Source: an uncultured Clostridium sp.
GTDB taxonomy: Bacteria > Bacillota > Clostridia > TANB77 > CAG-508
DNA: 64,000 nt
Direction: 5' to 3'
NCBI GenBank assembly: GCA_948436975.1
Contig: CAOJJB010000001.1
Location: forward strand, 80,095 to 144,094
A program made the position numbers and the translations under genes. The notes below the pieces were generated by a model. That model was not told the origin of the DNA and searched no databases. It saw only the letters and a list, made by a program, of their open reading frames with translations. Each line of letters opens with the position of its first letter. Positions within the stretch are counted from its first letter, which is position 1. Of the stretch, positions 35,739 to 49,700 are shown piece after piece.

Positions 35739-38700
35739 TTGAAAAAAATAAAAGTAAAAGATGTAGTACATGAGAAATGTGTACGTAAAACTTTTTCTAA
35801 AATAGGTGATTTTGTAGAAATACCTAATTTATTAAAAGTACAAAAAGATTCTTATAATTGGTTTATAAAAGAAGGATTAGGGGAAGTATTAAAAGATATT
35901 TCACCAATAGTAGATTATTCAGGAAACTTAGTATTAGAATTTTTTGACTACTACATGGAAGACAAAACAAAATATACTTTAGAAGAAGCAAAAGAAAGAG
36001 ATGCAACATATTCTACAAGATTACATGTAAAAGTTAGACTAATTAATCGTGAAACAGGAGAAATAAAAGAACAAGAAATTTATTTGGGTGATTTCCCTCT
36101 TATGACTGAAAGTGGAACATTTGTTATAAATGGAGCAGAAAGAGTTGTAGTAAGTCAGTTAGTTCGTTCACCAGGTTGTTATTATGATTCAAGCTATGAC
36201 AAAACAGGAAAGAAACTTTATACAGGAGCAGTAATGCCAATAAGAGGAGCTTGGATTGAATATGAAACAGACAGTAATGATGTATTTTGGGTAAGACTAG
36301 ATAGAACAAGAAAATTACCTGTTACATCATTATTAAGAGCAATAGGTCTAGATACAGATGAAAAAATATTAGACTTTTTTGGAGAAGAAGACAAATTATT
36401 AGCAACAATAGCTAAAGATCCAGTGAAAACATCAGATGAAGCATTAATAGAGATATATAAAAAATTAAGACCAGGAGAATTACCAACAGTTGATGCAGCG
36501 AGAAATTTATTTGATGGATTATTCTTTGATAATAGAAGATATGATTTATCAAAAGTTGGTAGGTATAAATATAATAAAAAATTAAGTTTAGCATCAAGAA
36601 TAGCAAGTCATATAGCATATGAAACAATAGTAAATCCAGAAACAGGAGAAGTTATAGTAGAAAAAGATGAAAAGATTTCGAGAGATGCAGCAAGACAAAT
36701 ACAAAATTCTGGAATAAACATAGTATATGTAAATATAGAAGGAAAAAAAGCAAAAGTAATAGGAAATGGAACAGTAGATATAAAAGAATTTATTGATCCA
36801 GCTATTGCAGAAGAATTAAAGATAAAAGTAGATGTTAATTATGCAGTATTACAAAATATATTAGAAACAACAAAAAATGATAAAGAATTAAAAAAAGCAA
36901 TAGAAGAAAGATTAGATGAATTAGTTCCAAAACATATTGTTACAGAAGACATATTAGCTTCAATAAACTACTTATTAAATTTAGAATATAATTTATTTAT
37001 AACAGATCCAGCAAAACCAAAATTAGGATATTTAGATGATATAGATCATCTAGGAAATAGACGTATCAGATGTGTTGGAGAATTATTACAAAATCAATTT
37101 AGAATTGGTTTAACAAGACTTGAAAGAGTTGTACGTGAAAGAATGACATTACAAGATTTAGATGTAGTAACACCACAAAGTTTGATAAACACAAAGCCAA
37201 TAACATCTTCAATTAGAGAATTTTTTGGAAGTTCTCAATTATCACAATTTATGGATCAAACTAATCCATTGTCAGAATTAACACATAAAAGAAGAATATC
37301 AGCATTAGGACCAGGAGGTTTATCAAGAGAAAGAGCAGGTTTTGAAGTACGTGATATTCACTATACACACTATGGAAGACTATGTCCAATAGAATCACCA
37401 GAAGGACCAAACATTGGACTTATATCAGCACTTTCAACTTTTGCAATAATAAATGAATATGGATTTATAGAAACACCATATAGAAAAATAAATAAAGAAA
37501 CATGTCAAGTAACAGATGAAGTAACATATATGACAGCAGATGAGGAAGATATGTATATCATATGTCAAGCATCAGAACCACTTGATGAAAATAATTGTCT
37601 AGTAAATAGCAGAATTAGAGTAAGAGATAGAGAAGAAATAAAAGAAATAGAAAAATCAGAAGTAGATTATATAGATGTTTCTCCAAAACAATTAGTATCA
37701 GTAGGAGCTGCAATGATACCATTCTTAGAACATGATGATGCTAACCGTGCACTTATGGGATCAAACATGCAACGTCAAGCGGTTCCATTAATGATTACAG
37801 ACTCACCAATGGTAGGGACAGGAATAGAATATAAAGCAGCTAAAGATTCAGGAGTTATGATAATAGCAGAAGAAAATGGTGTAGTAGAAACTGTTGAAGG
37901 GGATAGAATTATTGTAAAAAATGAAGCTGGACAAAAAAGAACATATAAATTAAGAAAATTCAAAAGAACAAATGGTAGTACATGTATTAATCAAAGACCA
38001 ATAGTAAAAGAAGGGGAAGCAGTTAAACGTGGAGATGTTATAGCTGATGGACCTGCAACAGATAAAGGAGAAATGGCTTTAGGTAAAAACTTACTTATAG
38101 CATTTACAACTTGGGAAGGTTATAACTATGAAGATGCTATTCTATTAAATGAAAGACTAGTAAAAGAAGATGTATTAACATCAATGCATATAGAAGATTA
38201 TGATTGTGAATGTAGAGATACAAAATTAGGACCAGAAGAAATTACACGTGATATACCAAATGTTGGAGAAGATTCACTAAGAGATTTAGATGAAAATGGT
38301 ATAATCAGAGTTGGAGCTGAAGTTAGACCAGGAGATATATTAGTAGGTAAAGTTACACCAAAAGGAGAAACAGAATTAACAGCAGAAGAAAGATTACTAA
38401 GAGCAATATTTGGTGAAAAAGCAAGAGAGGTTAGAGATACTTCTTTAAGAGTACCACATGGAGAAGCTGGAACAATAGTTGATGTTAAAGTATTTACAAG
38501 AGATAATTCAGATGAACTATCTCCAGGAGTAAATCAAGTAATAAGAATTTATATAGCTCAAAAAAGAAAGATATCAGTTGGAGATAAAATGGCTGGACGT
38601 CATGGTAACAAAGGTGTTATTTCAAGAATATTACCAGAAGAAGATATGCCATTTTTACCAGATGGAACACCAGTAGATGTTGTTTTAAATCCACTTGGAG

Positions 38701-39491
38701 TACCTTCTCGTATGAACTTAGGACAGGTGCTTGAAGTTCATTTAGGAGCGGCAGCAAGAATGTTGGGATGGAAAATGGCAACACCAGTATTTGATGGTGC
38801 AACAGAAGAGGATATTGAAGCAATGCTAGAAACAGCAGGACTAGAAACAAATGGTAAATCAATTTTATATGATGGAAGAACAGGAGAACCATTTGATCAA
38901 CCAATTACAGTAGGTATAATGTACATGTTAAAACTTCACCACTTAGTAGATGATAAAATACATGCTCGTTCAACAGGACCATACTCATTAGTTACACAAC
39001 AACCACTTGGAGGTAAAGCTCAATTTGGAGGACAAAGATTTGGAGAGATGGAAGTTTGGGCATTAGAAGCTTATGGTGCTGCATATACATTACAAGAAAT
39101 ACTAACTGTTAAATCAGATGATGTTGTAGGTAGAGTAAAAACATATGAAGCAATAGTTAAAGGTGAAAATATCCCTGAACCAGGAATTCCAGAATCTTTC
39201 AAAGTATTAATAAAAGAATTACAATCATTAGGCTTAAATGTAAAACTTTATAGTGATTCTGATGAAGAGATTGAAATAAAAGAACATATAGAAGAAGGTT
39301 TAGACGGTATAGAAGAAAGAATTGATGAGAGTGAACTAGAGGAAGAAAATCTAAATGAAATTAGTGAAGATCAGTTAGATGATTTAGAAGATGATGAAGA
39401 AGATGAATTTTTTACTAATATTTTAGATGAAGATGAATTACCAGATGATAAATTATTTAAAGAGTTAGAAGCAGAAGATGATGATGAGTAA
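35739..39491 (+). CDS. rpoB: DNA-directed RNA polymerase subunit beta, with an acidic C-terminal tail of about 80 aa
   Basis: TTG start lies 8 nt after gaaggtggg. Unmistakable RpoB motifs are present: [75 protein letters not shown]. Confidence 0.98.
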   Translation: MKKIKVKDVVHEKCVRKTFSKIGDFVEIPNLLKVQKDSYNWFIKEGLGEVLKDISPIVDYSGNLVLEFFDYYMEDKTKYTLEEAKERDATYSTRLHVKVRLINRETGEIKEQEIYLGDFPLMTESGTFVINGAERVVVSQLVRSPGCYYDSSYDKTGKKLYTGAVMPIRGAWIEYETDSNDVFWVRLDRTRKLPVTSLLRAIGLDTDEKILDFFGEEDKLLATIAKDPVKTSDEALIEIYKKLRPGELPTVDAARNLFDGLFFDNRRYDLSKVGRYKYNKKLSLASRIASHIAYETIVNPETGEVIVEKDEKISRDAARQIQNSGINIVYVNIEGKKAKVIGNGTVDIKEFIDPAIAEELKIKVDVNYAVLQNILETTKNDKELKKAIEERLDELVPKHIVTEDILASINYLLNLEYNLFITDPAKPKLGYLDDIDHLGNRRIRCVGELLQNQFRIGLTRLERVVRERMTLQDLDVVTPQSLINTKPITSSIREFFGSSQLSQFMDQTNPLSELTHKRRISALGPGGLSRERAGFEVRDIHYTHYGRLCPIESPEGPNIGLISALSTFAIINEYGFIETPYRKINKETCQVTDEVTYMTADEEDMYIICQASEPLDENNCLVNSRIRVRDREEIKEIEKSEVDYIDVSPKQLVSVGAAMIPFLEHDDANRALMGSNMQRQAVPLMITDSPMVGTGIEYKAAKDSGVMIIAEENGVVETVEGDRIIVKNEAGQKRTYKLRKFKRTNGSTCINQRPIVKEGEAVKRGDVIADGPATDKGEMALGKNLLIAFTTWEGYNYEDAILLNERLVKEDVLTSMHIEDYDCECRDTKLGPEEITRDIPNVGEDSLRDLDENGIIRVGAEVRPGDILVGKVTPKGETELTAEERLLRAIFGEKAREVRDTSLRVPHGEAGTIVDVKVFTRDNSDELSPGVNQVIRIYIAQKRKISVGDKMAGRHGNKGVISRILPEEDMPFLPDGTPVDVVLNPLGVPSRMNLGQVLEVHLGAAARMLGWKMATPVFDGATEEDIEAMLETAGLETNGKSILYDGRTGEPFDQPITVGIMYMLKLHHLVDDKIHARSTGPYSLVTQQPLGGKAQFGGQRFGEMEVWALEAYGAAYTLQEILTVKSDDVVGRVKTYEAIVKGENIPEPGIPESFKVLIKELQSLGLNVKLYSDSDEEIEIKEHIEEGLDGIEERIDESELEEENLNEISEDQLDDLEDDEEDEFFTNILDEDELPDDKLFKELEAEDDDE

Positions 39492-39502
39492 AATATAGTT
39501 TA

Positions 39503-39731
39503 TTAATATATTATATTGATAATTGTCTTTAAGTTATATATTTCATTATTACGAATTCTCAGTATTACTATATTTTTGTAGTAATTATAGTTTTTATATT
39601 AAGTAGCGCCCTCAAATACAAGTTTGAGATTCCCTACTTAATATAAAAATAATTCCTAACAAAAATGCCATTTACATTCGAATTCATTATTAGAAATATA
39701 TAATCTTAAAGAAAGGTTGTTAATATATTAA
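39503..39731. repeat. Nested inverted-repeat element (MITE-like or structured RNA) in the rpoB-rpoC spacer
   Basis: The outer arms, 39503..39558 and 39680..39731, pair in about 35 bp spread over four helices (ttaatatatta, ctttaag, ttatatatttc, gaattc). Inside is a perfect 16-bp stem (tttttatattaagtag 39591..39606 with ctacttaatataaaaa 39634..39649) enclosing a GC-containing loop with the mini-hairpin ctcaaa/tttgag. A further 7-bp hairpin spans 39564..39585. Confidence 0.7.
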
Positions 39732-39904
39732 ATAAATTGTATTAACTTAATTACTAAATTAATTTAATAATATATTTTCAAAATATTTTAAATACAGTAA
39801 GGAATTGTTCAGCAGTGTATAATTTAAAGTGTATTTGAAAATTTGGTAAATAATAAATATTTGCTACCTAAATAAAGAAAGATTATAAGGGGGCTACTTT
39901 AAAA

Positions 39905-42900
39905 GTGGAAGAATTAGAAGTTTTTAATAAGTTAAAAATCGGATTAGCTTCAGATGAGAAAGTAAGAGAATGGTCTCATGGTGAAGTAAAAAAACCAGAA
40001 ACTATTAATTATAGAACATTAAAACCAGAAAAAGATGGTTTATTTTGTGAAAAAATATTTGGTCCAACAAAAGATTGGGAATGTCATTGTGGAAAATACA
40101 AGAGAGTTAGATATAAAGGAATAGTTTGTGATAGATGTGGTGTTGAAGTTACAACAGCAAAAGTAAGAAGAGAAAGAATGGGACATATAGAACTTGCAGC
40201 TCCAATTGCACATATTTGGTATTTTAAAGGTATTCCAAGTAGAATAGGATTATTACTTGATATATCTCCTAGAAGTTTAGAAAAAGTTATATATTTTGCA
40301 TCTTATATAGTTACAGATAAAGGAACATCTGGACTATTAAAGTGTCAAGTATTAACAGAAAAAGAATATATAGAAGCAAATGATAAATATGGAAGAGGAT
40401 CTTTCAAAGCTGAAATGGGTGCAGAAGCTATTAAAAAATTATTAGAAGAATTGGATATTGAAAAACTATCTGTACAATTGAAAAAAGAACTTTCAAAAGC
40501 AAGTGAACAAAAGAAAGCAAAAATAATAAAAAGATTAGATACAGTAGAATCATTTAGAGTTTCTGAAAACAAACCAGAGTGGATGATAATGAATGTTATT
40601 CCAGTTATACCACCAGAATTAAGACCAATGGTTCAATTAGATGGTGGTAGATTTGCTACTTCAGATTTAAATGATTTATATAGAAGAGTTATAAATAGAA
40701 ATAACAGATTAAAAAGATTATTAGAATTAGGAGCACCAGAAATAATTGTAAGAAATGAAAAACGTATGTTACAAGAATCTGTAGATGCCTTAATAGATAA
40801 TAGTAGAAGAGGAAGACCAGTTACAGGAGCTGGAAATAGACCTTTAAAATCATTATCAGATATGCTTAAAGGAAAACAAGGTAGATTTCGTCAAAACCTT
40901 TTAGGAAAAAGAGTTGACTATTCAGGACGTTCAGTTATAGTTGTTGGTCCAGAATTAAAAATTTATCAATGTGGACTTCCAAAAGAAATGGCGGTTGAAC
41001 TATTTAAACCATTTGTAATGAAAGAATTAGTTGGTAGAGGAATAGCACATAATATAAAAAATGCAAAAAGAATGGTAGAAAAATTAAGACCAGAAGTATG
41101 GGATATATTAGAAGAAGTTATTCAAGACCATCCTGTAATGTTGAACCGTGCTCCAACATTACACAGATTAGGTATCCAAGCATTTCAACCAATACTAGTT
41201 GAAGGTAGAGCAATAAAACTTCATCCATTAGTATGTACAGCTTTTAATGCTGACTTTGACGGTGATCAAATGGCTGTTCATGTTCCATTAACTCCAGAAG
41301 CAATTGCAGAAGCTAGATACTTAATGTTATCTACAAATAATTTACTTAAACCACAAGATGGTAAACCAGTTACAGTACCTACACAAGATATGATTCTTGG
41401 AGCATATTACTTAACTGTACAAATTGATGGAGAAAAAGGTGAAGGACTATATTTTAAAGATGAAGATGAAGCAATGATAGCATATCAAAATGGTGATGTT
41501 GGATTGCATTGTAAAATTAAGGTAAGAAGATTTAAAGAAGATGAAAATGGAGAAATTAAATATAAAACAATAGAAACAACAGTTGGTAGATTAATATATA
41601 ATCAAGGAATACCACAAGATTTAGGATTTGTTGATAGAACAGATCCAGAGAGAGAGTTGGATTTAGAAATTGATTTCCCTGTAATTAAAAAGAATTTAGG
41701 AAAAATAGTTGCAAATTGTATAAATGTACATGGATTATCTAAAACAGCAGAAGTTTTAGACTATATAAAATCTACTGGTTATAAATATTCAACAAAAGGA
41801 GCTATAACAGTTTCTGTTGCTGATGTTGCTGTTCCTGAAGCAAAAAAAGATATTTTATCACAAGCAGATGAAAATGTTACAAAAATATTTAAACAATATC
41901 AACGTGGTATGATTACTAATGATGAAAGATATGATGCTATTATAAAAATATGGGAAAAAGCAACAGATGATGTAACAGAAGCTATGAAAAATAATTTTGA
42001 TGAATTAAATCCAATATATATGATGGCACAATCTGGAGCCCGTGGTAATATGAATCAGTTAAGACAAATTGCAGGTATGCGTGGACTTATGGCAAATACA
42101 TCTGGTAAAGCTGTTGAAATACCAGTAAAATCTTGTTTCCGTGAAGGATTAGATTCACTTGAATATTTCATTTCTGCCCATGGTGCTAGAAAAGGTTTAA
42201 CAGATACAGCTTTAAGAACAGCTGACTCTGGTTATTTAACAAGAAGACTAGTTGATGTTTCACAAGATATTATTATAAGAGAACAAGATTGTGGAGCAAC
42301 AAAAGGAATAGAGGTAGAAGACATAAAAGATGGAAATCAGATTATTGAACCATTAGAAGAAAGACTTGTTGGTAGATATCCTTTAGAAGAAATTAAAAAT
42401 CCTGAATCAGGAGAAATTATAGTTGATACAGATACAATGATTACAGACAAAATAGCAAAAGATATAGTAAAAGCTGGTTATACTAAAGTTAAAGTTCGTT
42501 CTATATTAGAATGTAGAGCAAGACATGGAGCTTGTAGTAAATGTTATGGTATGGGATTAGCTACTCGTGAAAGAGTAAATGAAGGAGAATCTGTTGGTAT
42601 TATAGCTGCTCAATCAATTGGTGAACCAGGAACACAGCTTACAATGAGAACTTTCCATACAGGAGGTGTAGCTGGAGGAGATATTACACAAGGTCTTCCT
42701 AGAGTTGAAGAGTTATTTGAAGCTAGAAATCCAAAAGGTTTAGCTATAATAACTGAAATAGATGGAAAAGTAAAAATAAATGATGACAAAAAAAGAAAAG
42801 AAGTTATTGTTACAAGTAATGATAATAGTAAAACTTATACAATTAGTTTTGGTTCAAAATTAAAGGTAAAAGATGGTGATGAACTTAAAGCGGGGGATCC

Positions 42901-43426
42901 TATTACAGAAGGATCTATAAATCCAGCAGATTTACTAGCAGTAAAAGGTGTAGAAGGAGTTTATACTTATATTATTGCTGAAGTACAAAAAGTATATAGA
43001 AACCAAGGTGTTGATATTAATGATAAGCATATTGAAGTTATTGCAAGACAAATGCTTAAAAAAGTTAGAATTGAAGATCCAGGAGATACTGAGTTCTATA
43101 CAGCTTCATTAGTAGATTTATTAGAAGTAGAATTTAGAAATGAAGAATTAATAGCTGAAGGAAAGAAACCAGCAACATATAAAAGAGTATTACTTGGTAT
43201 AACAAAGGCTTCACTTGCAACAGAAAGTTTCTTATCAGCAGCATCATTCCAAGAAACAACAAAGGTATTAACAGAAGCTGCTATAAAAGGAAAAGTAGAT
43301 AATTTAATGGGATTAAAAGAAAATGTTATAATTGGTAAATTAATTCCAACAGGAACAGGTTTAAAACGTTATCAAAATATAAAAATTAATACAGAAAGAA
43401 TAGAAAGTATAGATGAATTAAGTTAA
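39905..43426 (+). CDS. rpoC: DNA-directed RNA polymerase subunit beta'
   Basis: GTG start follows taaggggg. The zinc-finger region is [23 protein letters not shown], the catalytic motif is [14 protein letters not shown], and the trigger-loop/bridge-helix motifs are present. Confidence 0.98.
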   Translation: MEELEVFNKLKIGLASDEKVREWSHGEVKKPETINYRTLKPEKDGLFCEKIFGPTKDWECHCGKYKRVRYKGIVCDRCGVEVTTAKVRRERMGHIELAAPIAHIWYFKGIPSRIGLLLDISPRSLEKVIYFASYIVTDKGTSGLLKCQVLTEKEYIEANDKYGRGSFKAEMGAEAIKKLLEELDIEKLSVQLKKELSKASEQKKAKIIKRLDTVESFRVSENKPEWMIMNVIPVIPPELRPMVQLDGGRFATSDLNDLYRRVINRNNRLKRLLELGAPEIIVRNEKRMLQESVDALIDNSRRGRPVTGAGNRPLKSLSDMLKGKQGRFRQNLLGKRVDYSGRSVIVVGPELKIYQCGLPKEMAVELFKPFVMKELVGRGIAHNIKNAKRMVEKLRPEVWDILEEVIQDHPVMLNRAPTLHRLGIQAFQPILVEGRAIKLHPLVCTAFNADFDGDQMAVHVPLTPEAIAEARYLMLSTNNLLKPQDGKPVTVPTQDMILGAYYLTVQIDGEKGEGLYFKDEDEAMIAYQNGDVGLHCKIKVRRFKEDENGEIKYKTIETTVGRLIYNQGIPQDLGFVDRTDPERELDLEIDFPVIKKNLGKIVANCINVHGLSKTAEVLDYIKSTGYKYSTKGAITVSVADVAVPEAKKDILSQADENVTKIFKQYQRGMITNDERYDAIIKIWEKATDDVTEAMKNNFDELNPIYMMAQSGARGNMNQLRQIAGMRGLMANTSGKAVEIPVKSCFREGLDSLEYFISAHGARKGLTDTALRTADSGYLTRRLVDVSQDIIIREQDCGATKGIEVEDIKDGNQIIEPLEERLVGRYPLEEIKNPESGEIIVDTDTMITDKIAKDIVKAGYTKVKVRSILECRARHGACSKCYGMGLATRERVNEGESVGIIAAQSIGEPGTQLTMRTFHTGGVAGGDITQGLPRVEELFEARNPKGLAIITEIDGKVKINDDKKRKEVIVTSNDNSKTYTISFGSKLKVKDGDELKAGDPITEGSINPADLLAVKGVEGVYTYIIAEVQKVYRNQGVDINDKHIEVIARQMLKKVRIEDPGDTEFYTASLVDLLEVEFRNEELIAEGKKPATYKRVLLGITKASLATESFLSAASFQETTKVLTEAAIKGKVDNLMGLKENVIIGKLIPTGTGLKRYQNIKINTERIESIDELS

Positions 43427-43430
43427 AATA

Positions 43431-43466
43431 AAGAAATAGAGGAATTTCCTCTATTTCTTTATTTTT
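43431..43466 (+). terminator. Strong rho-independent terminator after rpoC
   Basis: A perfect 13-bp stem (aagaaatagagga with tcctctatttctt), a 3-nt loop, and a T-run. Confidence 0.85.
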
Positions 43467-43795
43467 AGGAAGTTTTTTTCTAATTTTGTAAATGTAAAAA
43501 ATATATGGACAATTTATCAAAATTTTGTTTTATGCATATTAAATATTATTATATTAATTAAAAAAATGAATAAAGAGAAATAAAAGAATAATTATAAGTA
43601 TTACGGAAATAGAAGGATGCATAAAATATTAAAAAAAGAATGAATTTGTAATAAAAAAAATATATTAATTTAAAATATAGAAAATACTAGTAAATTCAAG
43701 AGATATATATAATAATAGAATATTACAATGATTGTATAAATAGCATAAAAATGCTATAATTAAAAATAATTAAAAAATAGAAGGAAGGAAAATTT

Positions 43796-46700
43796 ATGAA
43801 AACTGGTAAGAAGAAAATATTAATAACAGCATGTACAGTATCCTTATTGACAATAAGCACTTGTTTTTTTGCTAATGCAAATGTAGCAGAAAAAGATGAA
43901 CAATCAAAAGTATTGCAAGTTTCTAGTGAAAATATGGTTTTAGATACTGACTACGTAATAGAACAATCTAAAGATTTACTGACACAGTCAATTGAAAATA
44001 TAGAGTTACAGACTATAGAAGCAGATTTTGAGTCTAAAAATGCAATAAAAGTTCCAGCATTGCCAACAACATATTCTGCTGAAACAAGAGCAACTGGGAA
44101 ATTTACATATTTATCAGATATACCACGTATGAGTAAATCAACTACTAAATATGGTACTATTCTTAATGACATAACATCAAGTAATACTAAAATAACAGTA
44201 AAGGTTGGTGGTACAGCAACAAGTTTTGATAAAGGTATTTGGGCACATGCAACTTCTGATGTATATTATGATTTAAGAAATTTTAAAGAATATGATTATT
44301 TTTCTGCATATTTAGGGTTAAATACTACATCAAATGGTGGGAATGGTGTTACATTCGTTATTTCAACATCAAATGATGGTCAAAATTGGATAGAAAAATA
44401 TAGAGCAGAAGTATTGCCAAACCAAAATGCAGTAGAATGTAGAATACCTATAGAAGGAAATAGATACTTAAGACTATATGCAAATGATAATGGAGCAAAT
44501 GGTAAAGATCACTCAGTATATGCAGATGCTAAATTATTAACAGCAGATTATAGTGATGGAACAGGAATTCCTACAGTATTTGATTTAGAAGCTCAAATCA
44601 GAAATATGGATGAAAATGATCCTAAACTTGAACATATGGTTTTACAAAGAGAATTTGTATCAAGAGTAGGAAGAACAACATTACTTGATTTTGTAAATCA
44701 GGGTGATTCAAGTAGAGAAACACTAGGATGGTTAATGGGGGATAGTGATACTTTAGGGTTATATTTTTATGGTAGTACACCTATTGGTGGTTATAAAAAT
44801 TCTTTAAATGTTTTAACAAAATTATACCAAACATATAAAAATGATTTAAATGATGATACAGTAAAAAATGGTGTACGTAATGGTGATTTATTTAAAAAAA
44901 TGATTATGGCTATTTCACATACTCATTCTACACTAGTACGTTCATTTTTGCCTAATGTTGAGGAAGATGGAGTTACAAATTCAAATCGTAATGATCCAAA
45001 TAGTTCACATGTATCAGATCCAGTAAGACGTTATGCAGTTTATAAAAAAATGTACTTAGCAGATAAATTAAGCTCTGTATTTCCAAAACTAGAAGTTGAG
45101 GAAATGAAAGTTGTTGTGAGAGCACTAATATCAGATAATGAAATTGAATGGTTTAGGGATTATATTGCAAGTAGAGGTCCATATACTCATGCTTGGCTAT
45201 CATATAATGCAAAATTTAGATATTTTGAGGATAAATATTATAGTGAAGAAAATAAAACTATGTGGAATAATAAATTTCACTTTTTAGAATATGGTATACC
45301 ATATCAAAAATATTTAGTTCCACAATGGATAGTTTATGCAGCGGGAACTCAATGTGTTGGTTTTGGAGATACGAGTGCTAATGCATATAGTTCAACGGGT
45401 ATACCAGCATTTCCAGTTCATCAACCTGGTCATATTGCTTATGGAGTTGCACATTATAATAGTAATGGAGATGCTTCTTGGCAATTATATAATTCAGGTG
45501 CAACTTGGGGAAATTCATCATATGGTACATCTACATTTTATAATGCAACTAAAAATTCTCCTACTAAACAAGCCGTATATTCATATAGAGGGTTGCTAGG
45601 CTGGGGACAACAATACTCTACTGGATGTGAAAATTTAAGTTATTTAGCAATTGCTCAAGAGGCAGTTAATGATTATAGCAATTATCTAATAGCAGAAAAA
45701 TATGTAATGCTTGCAAATGCCTATAAAGGTGATGTAGCAAAACAAGAAGAATTTTATCGTAAAGCAATAAATGCTCAAAATATAAATGTTGATGCTTGGT
45801 ATGCTTTAGTACAATTATATAAAAATAGTAATGTATATACAGAAGAAGATTGTTTGAATCTTATAAAAGAATTTCAAGTCATATATAAAGTAAGACCTCT
45901 TGCATTTTATGATTTATTTGGAATGATTATTGGAAAGATTACTACTCCAACATTAAATGCAGAAGCTGTTTCTTTAAAAACAGCAACATTACAATGGGCT
46001 GAAGTAAGTTCAAATAGCATACATAGATCTGTTGCTCAGGTACTATTAGGTAAACCACAATCAGAACTTGCAACATTCTCATTTGATGGTCAATATGCAG
46101 GTCAAATAAGATTAGGGTCAATGTTTAATGAAGATAACAGATCAACATGGGAGTATTCAATAGATGGTGGAAAAACTTGGACAGAAACAGATCAGTTATA
46201 TGTACAATTAACAGAAACAGAATTAGTAGGTGTTAATGAAAGAGATCATATTAGAGTTCATATTATAGGTACAGAGATAAGAAGTACAATACAAATAGAT
46301 AAAACATTAATATTAAGTCCTGATATGGAGCTTTATGAAAATGATGCAGAAGATACTTTTTTTGTTTATGGTAATAGAAAATTAGATTGGAAATATACTG
46401 ATGATTCAGGTGGAGCTTCTGCTTGGAAATCTTATGATGAAGTAAAACCTAATTTATCAGGTAATAGAAAATTGACTGTAAGACCATCTGCTACTGGAAC
46501 AAATTTACCAGCAAATGTACATGTTTTTACTTTTACTGATAATAAATATGAAGCAAATGAAACATATATTAAGGTAAAAAATTTATCAGTTGTAGACAGT
46601 ACACCTTCTAGCAAGAATACACCAGCTAAAAATGCAATAGATGGGAATTTTGGTCTTTGGGAAACCCAACAATATACTCATGATTTTACTAGATGGTTGT

Positions 46701-49700
46701 CAGCTAGTAAAACAGATGAAAATAAATTTATTACACTTGAATTTAAAGAGCCAGTATATTTATCAAGACTAGATTATATACCATCAGATGAACAAAACCA
46801 TTCAGGTCTTGGTAGCAAACCATTTCTTGGCAGAATTATGCAAGGTGAAGTTTTAGGAAGTATGGATGGAGAAAATTGGACTAAACTTGGTGATATAAAT
46901 AATTGGGCAAATAATGCTTCAACAAAAACACTAAGATTTGCTGAAACACAAAAAGTAAAATATATAAAAATTATAGCAACGCAAACAAATGATGGATATA
47001 TAGGAGCTAGAGGATTCAATTTTTATGAAGATACAACAAAAGAGTCTCCACCAACAGCAACAGTTATGTATAGTACAACTCAAAAAACAAATAAAGAAGT
47101 TGTAGCAACACTTGAAAATTTTAATTCAGATACAGTTGTAGTGGAAAATGGAATAACAAGTTATACATTTACAGAAAATGGATCATATACTTTTAATTTA
47201 AGAGATACAGAAAATGGAAGAACAAATGAAGTTGTTGCAAGTGTTACTTGGATAGATAGGGAAAAACCATCTGCAGATATACAATATATAGAGTTACCAA
47301 ATACTAAAGGTCATGTTCAAGCAAAAGTTGTAAATATCAGCAAAAATGTATTTATATTAGACGAACAAGATAGACCAATTAGATATATAGAAAATAGTGG
47401 TAATAATATTTATGAATTTAATTTTGATCCTGATACTAAACAAATAATAAATATGGTTCTAAAGGATACAAATAATAATATTAAATGGTTAAGAGGATAT
47501 AAATTATTAGATCCAAGTAAACCAGTAAGTAATATATTTGAGGATCCAACTAAAGATATGACAGGTATGGGATTTCCAGCATCAATGACTTCTATGGGTT
47601 ATACAGAAGACAAAGAATATATTATTGCATATTTTGCAGCATACAGTGGAGCAAATATTACAAAGGAAATCATTTATGATGAAAATCTTAAAAATGCAAC
47701 AGCAAATTATACAGCAGAAGAACTTGCGGAATTTAGAACACGTTATACTACAGACGTTCAAGAAGATATACTAAAATATGTATTTACTAAAAATGGAGAA
47801 AAAACATATAAATTAAGAGATAGAATTGGAAATACATCAGAAATAAAAATGGCAGTAGATTGGATAAATAGAGGTCCATATATTGCTGAGATATCTTATG
47901 ATAAAGAAAGTTTAACAAATGAAGATGTTACAGCAACACTTACATTTAAAGAAGAAGGAGTAAAAATAACTAACTTAGAAGAAGGAGTTATAGAAACTTC
48001 AAATGGTGGTAAATATGTATTTACAGAAAATGGAGATTTTAGATTTAAACTTTTAGATGCCGAAAATGTTGAAAGTTATTTAGATGCAAAGGTAACTATA
48101 ATAGATAGGCAAGTACCACAAGGAATTATTACTTATAATACAACAAGACCAACAAATCAAGATGTAACAGCAACAATCGATTTTGACAAAACAAATGTAA
48201 CAATAACAAATAATGATGGAAAGAACACATATACATTTACAGAAAATGGAAGTTTTACATTTGAGTTTGTAGATAAAGCAGGAAATGTTGGAACAATGAT
48301 AGCAGCAGTTGATTGCATTGATAGAACTACTCCAATAGCTCAAATATCATACAGTACAACTTCTCCAACAAATAGGGAAGTTGTTGCAAACATAGTAGAT
48401 TCTAATAAAGATATAACTATTACTAATAATAATGGTGATAGTGTATATACATTTACAGAAAATGGAGAGTTTACATTTGAATTTGTAGATGAAGCTGGAA
48501 ATACAGGAACAGCAATAGCAAAAGTTGATTGGATTGATAAAGAAGAAATTATACCAACAATAAATTATAGAATAAATAGCCCAACTGGAAAAGCAGAAAC
48601 AGCAATAATTACATTTAATAAAGCAAATGTAACAATAACAAATAATAATGGTAAAAATACACATAGATTTGAAGATAATGGAGAATTTACTTTTGAATTT
48701 AGAGATGAAGCTGGAAATACAGGAACAGCAACAGCAAAAGTTGATTGGATTGATAAAGTAATACCAACAGCACGTATATTTTATAGTGAAACAAGTGGAA
48801 CAAAAGGACCAGTTACAGCAACATTAATTAGTCCAACAAAAGAAATAACTGTTACAAATAATGGAGGAAATCGCATCTATACATTTACAAAAAATGGAAA
48901 ATTTACTTTTGAGTATGAAGATAAAGCTGGAAACTTAGGTGAAACTGTGGCAGAGGTAACTTGGATAGATAACGAAGCACCAACAGCAACAATTACTTAT
49001 AGTACAACAGAAGATACAAAATCACCAGTAGTTGCAACCCTTCATTTAGAAGATCCAAATATGGGATTACTTCCAACAACTCAAACTTATACATTCACAA
49101 AGAATGGTGAGTATACATTTAATTTTGAAGATAGTTTAGGAAATAAAGGAACAAAGACAGCGATAGTTAATTGGATTTATAGTGGAGATTTAACGGCAGA
49201 TATTAAATATGAAAAAACAGATGATGGAGTTTTAGCTACTTTAGTAAATGAAAGTAGAAATATAACAATAACTAATAATGGGGGAAATAGAACATATTTA
49301 CTTACAGAAGAAAATAGTACATTCACATTTGAATATATGGACAGTTTTGGAGAAGTAGGGATAGCAGAAGCAAAATTTGAAAATATGAATGGACCTGCAA
49401 CTATAAATTATAGTATTAAAACAAGCCTTACATCAGTAAATGGAGTGCCAACAATGATTGCAAAAATGAGAGCAGATCTTGTACTTCCACTTGGATATCA
49501 AATGAAGAAAGCTACTGCACCAAAATATTATCTATTTGCTGAAAAAGGAACTTATACGTTTGAATATATAAATAAAGAAACAGGTGAAGAATATAAAGCG
49601 ACAGCAACAGCTGATTGGTTCCCAGAAGTTAGTGCTGAGTATAGTACAACAGAATTAACCCAAAACAGTGTAGATTTAGTAATTCATTTTAATAAAGAAG

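Noticed and set aside
45336-45599. A + strand 87-aa ORF in an alternative frame inside the 4044-aa gene
   Set aside because: It is fully embedded in the conserved Cys-His core region of the giant ORF. It has no RBS and an implausible composition.
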